From an uncultured archaeon (GTDB taxonomy: Archaea; Micrarchaeota; Micrarchaeia; Micrarchaeales; CABMGC01): 64,000 nucleotides of DNA. How positions within the stretch are numbered: position 1 is the stretch's first letter; the number at the start of each line of letters is the position of its first letter. This document shows, piece after piece, positions 39,500-48,103 of the stretch. The notes under the pieces are model-generated. The model searched no databases and was not told the DNA's origin. It saw only the letters and a program-made list of their open reading frames with translations. The stretch is from contig CAWBCT010000005.1 of the NCBI GenBank assembly GCA_963787445.1, positions 576,001 to 640,000 on the forward strand. The letters are read 5' to 3'. The position numbers and the translations under genes were made by a program.

Positions 39500-40195
39500 T
39501 TGGAGCTGAAAAACCTGCGCGAGAAACTGGACGTGACAAACCAGCGGATAATAACCAAGCTCAAGGACAGGTCACGGTTTCCCCTAAACCCGCCTGTTTA
39601 CATCGCGGACGCAATACCAATAAAAGGCAGGCCCGGAATCTCACTTCTGGAGTTTGCGCTGGAGGGGATAGAGGTCTACCACTCATCTTTGGGCAGGTAT
39701 GATTATCACGACCAGTATCCTGTTTTCTCAAGAAAGCTGCCGGGAAGCCTGGTCGAAAGAGTGACCCCCCCGACTTCACTCCAGGAGGTGTCAATAACCA
39801 TATCGACAGACCTGCTTTCCTACTACCAGCAGATGCTGCCCAGGCTATGCGATAAGAAAGAAGCTGACCCCACCACCTACGGCGAGACCGCCTACGTGGA
39901 TGCCGACACCCTGCAGCTCATACACGAGAGGATAAACAGCACCGGCCGCTATGTGGCTCAGGTCAAGCTTGAGCGGAACGGGAGCCTCAACGTCGACCAC
40001 TCTGATGAAAAGAAGATCAGGGACCTTCTGAGGGATGCGAAGAGGGAGGGTGAAGTGATAGAAGAGGCCAAAAAACTGGCAGCAATGCAGGGACTTGAGC
40101 CTAACCTGATCGGAGAAGTGATCGGCTGGGTCATAGACAAAACCCTCGAGGTGGAGGTCAAGTACATACAGAGGCTTGACGCCCCCAAAGCATAA
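39500..40195 (+). CDS. Chorismate mutase, eukaryote (ARO7/AroQ-beta) type
   Basis: Collinear with yeast ARO7 motifs: NLREKL, RSRF..NPPVY, SLLEFAL, GRYDY, YGETAYVD...LIHERI..GRYVAQVK, VIDKTLEVEVKYIQRL. Confidence 0.85.
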   Translation: MELKNLREKLDVTNQRIITKLKDRSRFPLNPPVYIADAIPIKGRPGISLLEFALEGIEVYHSSLGRYDYHDQYPVFSRKLPGSLVERVTPPTSLQEVSITISTDLLSYYQQMLPRLCDKKEADPTTYGETAYVDADTLQLIHERINSTGRYVAQVKLERNGSLNVDHSDEKKIRDLLRDAKREGEVIEEAKKLAAMQGLEPNLIGEVIGWVIDKTLEVEVKYIQRLDAPKA

Positions 40196-40231
40196 ATATC
40201 ATAGAAAAGCACTAACAATAAACGTGATTCA

Positions 40232-40594
40232 ATGTTCGGACCTGAATTTACCGCAACGCACCATCGAGAGTGGGGTTCGCACTTCAAGGAGAAGGAGCCG
40301 CTCCGCACCAAACTGGCGCTAGTCGGCACCATAACGGCAGGGAACCTGGATTTTGCCGCGATAGTGGCAAGACGGCTCTCTCCGAAAGACAGGAAAGCCT
40401 CGGCATTAGAAGGCGTAGCGCGCCTGGCCTTCCTCAAGGCTGACACAACTCTCATCAGGGGCGCAGCAAGAACATTCGGGCTAACCGACGAAGAGACAAA
40501 GGGTGCAGTGGGCGACGCGGTCAAGGAACAGAGACGCCTTGGCGACACCGTGGTTCCTCAAAGGCTTGAAGCGGAATTCGGCCTAAAAACGTAA
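40232..40594 (+). CDS. Hypothetical helical protein
   Basis: 120-aa ORF with GTGA SD-like motif, co-directional with the operon. Confidence 0.6.
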   Translation: MFGPEFTATHHREWGSHFKEKEPLRTKLALVGTITAGNLDFAAIVARRLSPKDRKASALEGVARLAFLKADTTLIRGAARTFGLTDEETKGAVGDAVKEQRRLGDTVVPQRLEAEFGLKT

Positions 40595-40609
40595 TTATTA
40601 GTTATAGTT

Positions 40610-40921
40610 TCATCCTTCAAACTTCTTCTCATCCTTCCTAGCTCGCTCGTGCGCCTCCTTTAGGCTATGACCCTCGTTCTGGTACCTTATCTCCTGGAGC
40701 TCGTGGTAGGCTATCTTCATGGCGTGCCTCTTCCACCTATCAGATATCCAGATCTGGCCCAGCGGGATTCCGAGCTTGGCGGCGGCTTTGGGGGCGTAGC
40801 GCCTACCTTTGTAAACCACGTTGTAGCAGGCTATGTGCTCTCCGATCAGGCTGTGGGGCACGAAGACCACTTTGTAGCCAAGGCGCCTGAGCCCGCTTGC
40901 TATGGAGGATTTGGTGGGCAT
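40610..40921 (-). CDS. Small zincin-like protein (HExxE...AH)
   Basis: IWISD...IAYHELQE...SLKEAHERA. Confidence 0.6.
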   Translation of the reverse strand: MPTKSSIASGLRRLGYKVVFVPHSLIGEHIACYNVVYKGRRYAPKAAAKLGIPLGQIWISDRWKRHAMKIAYHELQEIRYQNEGHSLKEAHERARKDEKKFEG

Positions 40922-41031
40922 GGAATATAAATATCGTAAATCGGGTTCTAAAAGAATTATGTAACCACAAACTAAACCTATTTTTATCACAATGTTATTA
41001 AATTCTTACGTTCTAGTTTAAACTTGAGTAA

Positions 41032-42003
41032 ATGAAAGAATATCCACTAGATAAATTCCCTAATATAAATATGCGACCGGAAGTGGTTATTAAGCATAAA
41101 GAACATCTTGATGCACTCAAAGACGATATAATTGAGTATAGCAAAGTTGGCCATAGAGATACAATTATGTTTGATTGGCTACTCAGAGTTTTTGAGAATT
41201 TGGGTCTCTCAACAGTGAGAAAGGAATACTTAGATTCATTAGCTATAACAAAGACGCGGTTAGCTTTGTTTGTGGTATTGATTGATGATCCAGTCGACAA
41301 TATCAAAAAGCGTAACTTTAAACTTTTCGAAGAACTTCTCAAGATCCCATTTAATCCCGAGCAAATAGATAAATCTCAATTTAATGTTCATGATGTTGAA
41401 TATCTTGAATTTACAAAAAACTTGTGGACTGAGATCACAAACGAGATTACAAAATATCCTGATCATAAGAGATATAAAGAAGCCTTTGAATTTGATATCA
41501 AACAACTTCTTAATTCTATGAGCTATAGCCGATTTGTAAATACCTACCCTAATGCTATTAACTTGACTGAGAATGACGCTTACGTACATCATAGTATGAT
41601 AGTTTTAATAGAAATGGACATTGATCTGATGTGCTCGCAAGGATTTGATGAGCGTGAATTTGGAGCATTAAGAGAATTAGGTTACATCTCTCAAAAGATG
41701 GCGAAGATAGGTAATATTATAGGAACATATCCTCGAGAACTTATTGAATCAGATATGTCCAGTAGAGCAGTGGTAAAATTTCTGACAGATAACGGCGCAG
41801 ATTTTGGATTCAAATTAAATAAACTAATTAAAAAAGAAATGAGGTATCCCGAGTTCGAAAAAAACCTAACAGACGAATGGCAAAAGGAGTACTTACTAAC
41901 TATCGATTTATCAAAAAGAATAAAATCAATTAATACACAAGATTTCATAAAACAACTAGAATTCGTACAAAAAGCATACCAAATTAAAACTGACTATTGG
42001 TAA
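41032..42003 (+). CDS. Class I terpene-synthase/isoprenoid-synthase fold protein
   Basis: LIDDPVD (DDxxD) and KIGNIIGTYPRE (NSE/DTE-like) motifs; all-helical; AT-rich. Confidence 0.65.
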   Translation: MKEYPLDKFPNINMRPEVVIKHKEHLDALKDDIIEYSKVGHRDTIMFDWLLRVFENLGLSTVRKEYLDSLAITKTRLALFVVLIDDPVDNIKKRNFKLFEELLKIPFNPEQIDKSQFNVHDVEYLEFTKNLWTEITNEITKYPDHKRYKEAFEFDIKQLLNSMSYSRFVNTYPNAINLTENDAYVHHSMIVLIEMDIDLMCSQGFDEREFGALRELGYISQKMAKIGNIIGTYPRELIESDMSSRAVVKFLTDNGADFGFKLNKLIKKEMRYPEFEKNLTDEWQKEYLLTIDLSKRIKSINTQDFIKQLEFVQKAYQIKTDYW

Positions 42004-42022
42004 AATTTGTGCTGCTTAAATC

Positions 42023-42568
42023 TCATAATTGTTCTTCATAAAGAGACGGAAATCGTTCTTTCAGGTTTTTATTGCCATCAATAACTATCTTACAGACATT
42101 ATTACTATTAGCTTGGTATTCTACTTCTATAGCATCAAAATCTCTATCCGTAATGGCAGATATTAAACCCGCAATAATACCGCGTAACAAGTGATCTATA
42201 TTTCTATATTTTGTATTTTCAAATTCTTTTATTAAGAAAGAATCTTCTAAGATTAATGTCCCAGTGGGGATTGTATTAGCATCTTCGTACTTTACATTCC
42301 CATAACCATATAAGTTTATAGTATTACAAATCCAGTTTTTATCTGTTGACTGTGCAAACTCTGCTTTAAGATTTTGTTTGTATTCCAACATAGATTTTTT
42401 TGAAATTAAATAAAGTGTCTTTAATGACCCCAAATCATCATACGCTTTACTTAAATATGCAGTTATACTTTGTGGCGGAAATATCAGAACATCTTGTCCA
42501 TAAAGTGTTACTTTTCCATCTACAAATGTCATTTTTCTTGTTATCATCAACATCTCAAAAAAGTTCAT
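42023..42568 (-). CDS. V4R-domain protein (degenerate Zn motif)
   Basis: GKVTLYGQDVLIFP, LYGYG, HLLRGIIAGLIS, EVEYQANSNNVC. Confidence 0.75.
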   Translation of the reverse strand: MNFFEMLMITRKMTFVDGKVTLYGQDVLIFPPQSITAYLSKAYDDLGSLKTLYLISKKSMLEYKQNLKAEFAQSTDKNWICNTINLYGYGNVKYEDANTIPTGTLILEDSFLIKEFENTKYRNIDHLLRGIIAGLISAITDRDFDAIEVEYQANSNNVCKIVIDGNKNLKERFPSLYEEQL

Positions 42569-43134
42569 TCGATGTCACCAAACCTTTTTGCTGCTAATTC
42601 AGGAAAATTTTCAAATAATTCTTTTTTAGAACCCCAATAGTAAACGCATACGTCATTACCCGAACATATACACTTTGTTTCTATAACATCTATATCCATA
42701 TTGAATGTACCACTTGCAGATCCTGCAATAAGACCTTCAAAGATAAAATCAGAAGGTTCTTTTATCCCTTTATTTTTAAGATAATCATGCATCGGAAGAT
42801 CTTTTATATTCATAAATCCGCGTTTACCATTTTCATCTAAAAGTTGATATTTTACTAACCCCCAACCTCCGAAAGCACAATACTTAACCCATCTATCCAA
42901 AAAATCTTTAGGGGTTAGCATGTATTCCTTACCTAGTGGTCTAGAAAATTCTGCCATACCCTTTTTCATACACCCATACAATTCTCTTGCCTTTCTTGGC
43001 GTATTATTGATATCTATAGACAACATACCCACAAAATTTACTGGCAAAATCACTATCCGTTGTTTATCCATAGTTATTTTGCCAGGTTCTATATTAACTT
43101 CTTTAGCAAGCGAAAATTTTTCGAATATGTTCAT
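42565..43134 (-). CDS. V4R-domain protein
   Basis: GKITMDKQRIVILP, FGGWG, FEGLIAG, ETKCICSGNDVCVY. Confidence 0.85.
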   Translation of the reverse strand: MNIFEKFSLAKEVNIEPGKITMDKQRIVILPVNFVGMLSIDINNTPRKARELYGCMKKGMAEFSRPLGKEYMLTPKDFLDRWVKYCAFGGWGLVKYQLLDENGKRGFMNIKDLPMHDYLKNKGIKEPSDFIFEGLIAGSASGTFNMDIDVIETKCICSGNDVCVYYWGSKKELFENFPELAAKRFGDIE

Positions 43135-43210
43135 TAAATCGCCTTAACATCGTAATACGATATTACTTTATTAGAGCTAATAGTAGTTTTATTGGCTCTT
43201 GTTTACCATA

Positions 43211-43945
43211 TTATTTATAAACTTGTTCGGCAGGCTTTACAGACATACCTATCTTACCAAACTCCAAGTCATGTACATATTGGCTATGGTCTGTATTTCT
43301 CATTTTCAAGATTGATAAAGTTCTGCTTCTCCTTGCACCTATAAGTTGATTGTACATAACAACAAGACCGTCACACATGAACTCGCTAACACCATCTACT
43401 GTGAGGTGCTCCCCCCCATCTACTGAATCTGTTATTATCATATTTGTTGTAGTAAGATCACTTAATTTATTTATTACCAAATAAGTTATACGCTTTTCAG
43501 AATCACCAGTATAAACTGTTTTATTTCTAGACCCGAGATAACTAATTGGTATGGTGAATTGGTCTATATTTACTGAAAAAATCTCCAGACTATCAAAAAC
43601 TAATCTTTTTGCATGAGTAGTATTTACTGCATCCTCTATGATTTTAAAAAGATCAAGTTTAACTACATCCATTGGGATCGACAAAAACGTAATCTTACCT
43701 TGGCTTTCAAGACTATTCAAATCCCATCCAAATCTTTTTCCTTGTTCTTTCAGCATATCTGTATTAGATTCAAGAGATACATATAATCCATTTTCTCCAG
43801 CTAAAGCCCCACTGTAAAGATATTGCAACCCAAAAATGGTTTTACCAGTACCTGGTGCTCCAACCAGCAAGACATTGAAATTTTTTGGTACGCCCCCCTC
43901 TACAAGCTCATCGAAACCGGGAATGCCTGTCTTTACTCTTTCCAC
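43211..43945 (-). CDS. KaiC/RAD55-like ATPase (single domain)
   Basis: RVKTGIPGFDELVEGG, GAPGTGKT, RLVFDS, EFMCDG, LKMR. Confidence 0.92.
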   Translation of the reverse strand: MERVKTGIPGFDELVEGGVPKNFNVLLVGAPGTGKTIFGLQYLYSGALAGENGLYVSLESNTDMLKEQGKRFGWDLNSLESQGKITFLSIPMDVVKLDLFKIIEDAVNTTHAKRLVFDSLEIFSVNIDQFTIPISYLGSRNKTVYTGDSEKRITYLVINKLSDLTTTNMIITDSVDGGEHLTVDGVSEFMCDGLVVMYNQLIGARRSRTLSILKMRNTDHSQYVHDLEFGKIGMSVKPAEQVYK

Positions 43946-44076
43946 GTCAAAACCTCTAGCTAGTATCGGTATGGTATAGCAAACTATTTATGCATAACGC
44001 AGAAAACATAGTCACTTGCTGAAAGCAAAATTGTTATTGAATTATAAACCTTTATTATGATGTATTAATTGAGTTT

Positions 44077-45180
44077 ATGACAACTACAAAATACTCAACA
44101 CTATTTGAAGACCAAGCTTTTGGTATTCCAGGTTACATTTCTAAACAATTCCATGCTCTAGATAACAAAAAGTTCTTTATTAGAAATATATTCATACCAG
44201 AATCCTTTTTTGTAATACTTGAGCAGACCATAGTAGAAAACAAAGGAGACAAAAGAAAAAAGGAATTATACAGGATGGGAAAGCAATTTGGTTACCGATT
44301 TGCACTTCTTAATCGGTTTCCCAAAGGTAATATTAACAAAGTCACAATGCGTTCCGTGTTTGATTTCTTCCAAACAATCTACGCAAAGAAGATGACTACA
44401 TTAAATATAGATTCCCAATTGAAGATGGTTGAACTAGAACTTGATGAATTCATAGTAACTTCCAAAGATGATATGGGTTATATGCCTATTGGAGCCGGCG
44501 CAGGTGCATGGTGTTACTTAAATGGTGATTATAATCTTGATTGTAGCACCCAAAAATTATCGAAGGGTAAGCATGTACTTTTATGTGCTAATAAAAAGAT
44601 TCTTAAAGAACGGGGATTTGAAGTAATCGAATCTAAGCAAATGCCAGAAAGTATTGATTTTAAGAGCTATATGGGCCATAACTTGCCACAAAAAGGTATG
44701 TTCAAATCATCAAGTTTTAGCCAGCTGCTTAAAACTGGAATTGCTTCGTATACACCTGGAATAATAAAATTAGAAAAATCAAATGAAAGGTTAATAGTAC
44801 TTGAGATATCCATACTCTTTGATATAGAAAACACCTTTGATCAGAAGTTAATATCAGACTCTTCATATACGCCATTCTACAACATTGGACTTTCTCTAAA
44901 GGAAAAAGAAAAACCATACGATAGTCTCACCGAACTGCTTAGCGCCTTTGGATTTGGTATTGTACAGGTAACCGAAAAGAAAGATACGGTATCAGTCCTC
45001 TTTCATGGATATCCGTGGTTCTCAACAGAAACCGAGAAAACAAGTTTTGGTCTTATTAAAGGGGCTGTTCTTGGCTTCCTTAATGGTATTACTGAAAGAA
45101 AATATGAACTAAAATCTTTATCCTCAGAAGTTACGAATAACGTATTTGATGTATCCATGGAATTGGAAATCAAGGAGTAA
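44077..45180 (+). CDS. Tandem V4R-like domain protein
   Basis: Two V4R-like halves (RNIFIP...LYRMGKQFG; ERLIVLE...AFGFG...GAVLGFLNG). Confidence 0.6.
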   Translation: MTTTKYSTLFEDQAFGIPGYISKQFHALDNKKFFIRNIFIPESFFVILEQTIVENKGDKRKKELYRMGKQFGYRFALLNRFPKGNINKVTMRSVFDFFQTIYAKKMTTLNIDSQLKMVELELDEFIVTSKDDMGYMPIGAGAGAWCYLNGDYNLDCSTQKLSKGKHVLLCANKKILKERGFEVIESKQMPESIDFKSYMGHNLPQKGMFKSSSFSQLLKTGIASYTPGIIKLEKSNERLIVLEISILFDIENTFDQKLISDSSYTPFYNIGLSLKEKEKPYDSLTELLSAFGFGIVQVTEKKDTVSVLFHGYPWFSTETEKTSFGLIKGAVLGFLNGITERKYELKSLSSEVTNNVFDVSMELEIKE

Positions 45181-46498
45181 TCGATATCATCTCATCTCCT
45201 TCATGCAGGCTACGCACTGCATCTAACTTCCTGCAGCACATGAACCCCGTAATAATATTGGTTATGACCAGCCTTCTTGCCCTTAATCCCTTTATAAGCC
45301 TCATCTCTTCCATTGCCTTGTCAAGGTCAATGCCCGTGAAAACTGGCAGCAATAGCAAAGTCCCATCTGGCATACCGAATTCTCCCGAAATTATGTACTT
45401 GTTTACCGGATTCTCAGTTTCCTCAGTAATGCTGTTCCTTAGGGCGCTTCTGTGCTTGATAAACTCTGAATGGTTTATGTCCTCTAATAAGATGAGCGCA
45501 AAATACTTGATTGGCAGGTTTGCAAGGCTGATCGTAATCCTTCGTACAATGCCCTTGTCTACCAGCCTGTTGTAAGTATATCTCGCGCTGCCTGCCCCAA
45601 AGCGATTCTTTTCGTCTATCTCGGCAAAATCCATGCTCCCGTTGAAGTTAAGGTCCTTCAGGACCGCATGTTCCCTGTTGAGCAGCCTTGGCGACCCATC
45701 GCCGCGCTGAGCCTTGCCCCCTGCCTTACTCTTAAGAACCTCAAAGAACCCGTCTCTTAATGGTATAAAGCCATAGCCCATCGAGAACTGCGTAAGGTAG
45801 AACCTAAGGTTGCAGTCCGGGAAGAGCCTGTCCCTCAGCTCCGACGCCTGGGCTCTCATATCGCCATTTGCATCAAACAGGGCGTATACGAAGAGATCGT
45901 AGTCCCCTTGGGTCAGCAGCGCCAGCTGCACGCGGGGCTCAGCCTCAAGCTCCCTCTTCATGGTCCTGAGGTTGGGCACTTCATCCAGGAACTTGACCAT
46001 TATGACATACTCCACGTAGCCGAGCTTCCCTAGGTCCGGCTCGAGGATGTAGCTTATGCCGTACTTCCTCTCCAGGTTCCTCCTGTGGGCCTCCAGCGTG
46101 GCCGGCTTGAGCCCCATCTTCTTGGCCATCTCTGCCAGCGTTAGCCTGCCATCGGCGCTTAAAGCGGAGATTATGGCGTTCTCGTGCTCCCTTGAGTACT
46201 CTCTATGGCGGTACTCCCTCCGTTCCGTGTCCTTTCTTGGTTTGGCGCTGAACTCCCTTTCTACCAGAGCTCCTCCAAGCTCCGCGTCCCGCCTTATGCC
46301 CGGTATGAACAGGCCCTCGATCGTAATCCTCCCTATGTACCTCGAGATGCCCCTGACCTTCTTCCTCTCCTTGTCCCATTTGCTCGTAGCCTCGTAGACG
46401 TAGCAGTGCTCGTTGATTATCTTTATGCTGAGGTACCTGTCGCTGTTCTTCTTGAGCTCTTCGTAGGTGGTTTGGACTTTTTCTGGAAGCTGTTGCAT
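45170..46498 (-). CDS. Double Lrp/AsnC-type HTH regulator with an extra N-terminal domain
   Basis: LSADGRLTLAEMAKKMG HTH plus LGY...GDYDL RAM-like domain, repeated in the C-half; N-terminal YVYEATSKWDKERKKVR...YIGRI segment. Confidence 0.75.
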   Translation of the reverse strand: MQQLPEKVQTTYEELKKNSDRYLSIKIINEHCYVYEATSKWDKERKKVRGISRYIGRITIEGLFIPGIRRDAELGGALVEREFSAKPRKDTERREYRHREYSREHENAIISALSADGRLTLAEMAKKMGLKPATLEAHRRNLERKYGISYILEPDLGKLGYVEYVIMVKFLDEVPNLRTMKRELEAEPRVQLALLTQGDYDLFVYALFDANGDMRAQASELRDRLFPDCNLRFYLTQFSMGYGFIPLRDGFFEVLKSKAGGKAQRGDGSPRLLNREHAVLKDLNFNGSMDFAEIDEKNRFGAGSARYTYNRLVDKGIVRRITISLANLPIKYFALILLEDINHSEFIKHRSALRNSITEETENPVNKYIISGEFGMPDGTLLLLPVFTGIDLDKAMEEMRLIKGLRARRLVITNIITGFMCCRKLDAVRSLHEGDEMISITP

Positions 46499-46586
46499 AT
46501 AGGTTATAATAAATCATATAATATATAGTGTTTTCTACAGAATTCGAAAAAGTACGAAGATTTATTATTTTGAATCTGAAACAGAG

Positions 46587-46616
46587 TTTTATATAGGTTA
46601 TATAACCTATATAAAA
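46587..46616. promoter_or_regulatory. Perfect 30-bp palindrome (operator candidate)
   Basis: TTTTATATAGGTTATATAACCTATATAAAA is its own reverse complement; extra half-site ATATAGGTTATA at 46497-46508. Confidence 0.7.
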
Positions 46617-46734
46617 ATTATGTAAATGTAACTTCTGATTCATTTAATTCATTAATCTTTAAAGCAATACTCAATTTACATAGTCCGTTAATTTATACCA
46701 CCTCAATACTTGTTAAAGCAGTGAGGATGTAAAC

Positions 46735-47460
46735 ATGATAGAAATAAAAATTGGAAAAGGAACTTCGCAAGATGCAGAACGCTTAGTTGGTAGAGAAGCA
46801 TTTCCAATAAGAGAACGCTCAAGCAACGGCGCTAATGGAAGTCACAGTACCCTGCTAGTTCTGGAAAGGAGAACTGGGGCTCTCGCTGATTCTGCTCGAC
46901 CTTTGGCAGTCCTTCAAAGATCCGACGTACATAAGCTCACAGATACGCAGATGGAAAGGCTCGACAAGCTTTGGTCCTACAACATCTCCCACATCACGCG
47001 TAAACTCGTGTCAAGAGGAGATGCCCCGCAGATCAAGGCAGAACAACTTTATCCACTTGAGGCGATGTTGGGCAAGATAGATCTCGAGACCGCCAGGAGT
47101 TTTGAAGCAGAGTTCAAAAGATTCATGTCCATAATTCTGATCAAACCCGAAAACGTGAAAATTGTAGCACCTTCGAGGCCTGTAGACATGTATTGGCACT
47201 TGTTCGTACTAGACACGCGGGAATATCGTAAGTTCTGTGAGCAGGTGTTCGGAAGGTTCATAGATCATGTGCCGTCCAGTGACGCTAGAAGGCAGCATAC
47301 AAGGGACGCATACGTGAGCACGCTGGATGCATACAATAAACTTTTCGGAGTTCCTGACGGAAGAATATGGCCCAAGCTCAGGGTTGAGGGCGCTAATTGC
47401 GGGACGGGTTCTGGACATTGCAGCGGTGGCCCCGATTGTAATCAATGTAATGCAGGATGA
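46735..47460 (+). CDS. Glycine-rich-domain (GRDP/DUF1399-like) protein with Cys/Gly tail
   Basis: EFKRFM, APSRPVDMYWHLFVLDTREYRKFC, FIDHVP, TLDAYNKLFG, IWP. Confidence 0.75.
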   Translation: MIEIKIGKGTSQDAERLVGREAFPIRERSSNGANGSHSTLLVLERRTGALADSARPLAVLQRSDVHKLTDTQMERLDKLWSYNISHITRKLVSRGDAPQIKAEQLYPLEAMLGKIDLETARSFEAEFKRFMSIILIKPENVKIVAPSRPVDMYWHLFVLDTREYRKFCEQVFGRFIDHVPSSDARRQHTRDAYVSTLDAYNKLFGVPDGRIWPKLRVEGANCGTGSGHCSGGPDCNQCNAG

Positions 47461-47479
47461 TAGCGGTTAATAAGAGCAT

Positions 47480-48103
47480 ATGCCGTATGCACTAATTGGT
47501 AATAAAATGTCGGCAACTCGCGTGTCATTCAGATACTCATGGGTTTATGACCAGGTGTGGAAAAGGTTCTTACCCAAGAACTCGAAGGAAATGAATCAGT
47601 ACCCCACTCCGAATCAAGTGAAGAGTCAAATGCTGGTGAAAGAGAAAGCTTGGCGAATACATGAGAAGGTAATAGTCAATGCCATACCTTCAATAACTGC
47701 TCTTAAATGGCAAGAAAAAGAAATCCGTTGCTACGTTGTGGGATTTTGCAGGCCTTTCTCAGATCCCTTGACCATGATGCCGTACAAGTCTGATAAGATG
47801 TTCGTTGATGTGCTCACCCACGAGCTAATTCATCAGATACAAGTACAGAATTTAGACATGTCAAGAAACTTCAGAAAATGGTTAATTAAAAGATATCCAA
47901 ACGAGTCAACAATAACTATTAATCATGTAGCATTATACGCAATTTACGAAACGCTTTACCTAAAACTCTTCGGTAAGACGAGGTTGAAAGAGAGTTTGTC
48001 GAAGGTAAAGCTGCAAGAGTACTTAAGGGCGCTCGAGATAGTAAATCAAGAAGGATGTAGCGAGATTCTCTCCCGATTCATTAATTATGGGGCAAGTGAG
48101 TAA
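47480..48103 (+). CDS. HExxH putative metallopeptidase
   Basis: PFSDPLT and LTHELIH, with a downstream H. Confidence 0.6.
   Translation: MPYALIGNKMSATRVSFRYSWVYDQVWKRFLPKNSKEMNQYPTPNQVKSQMLVKEKAWRIHEKVIVNAIPSITALKWQEKEIRCYVVGFCRPFSDPLTMMPYKSDKMFVDVLTHELIHQIQVQNLDMSRNFRKWLIKRYPNESTITINHVALYAIYETLYLKLFGKTRLKESLSKVKLQEYLRALEIVNQEGCSEILSRFINYGASE

Noticed and set aside
43211-43945. Circadian KaiABC clock
   Set aside because: Single-domain KaiC-like ATPase with no kaiA or kaiB in the window.
45170-46498. Active IS transposase
   Set aside because: No DDE domain or terminal inverted repeats recognised; the body is Lrp-like.
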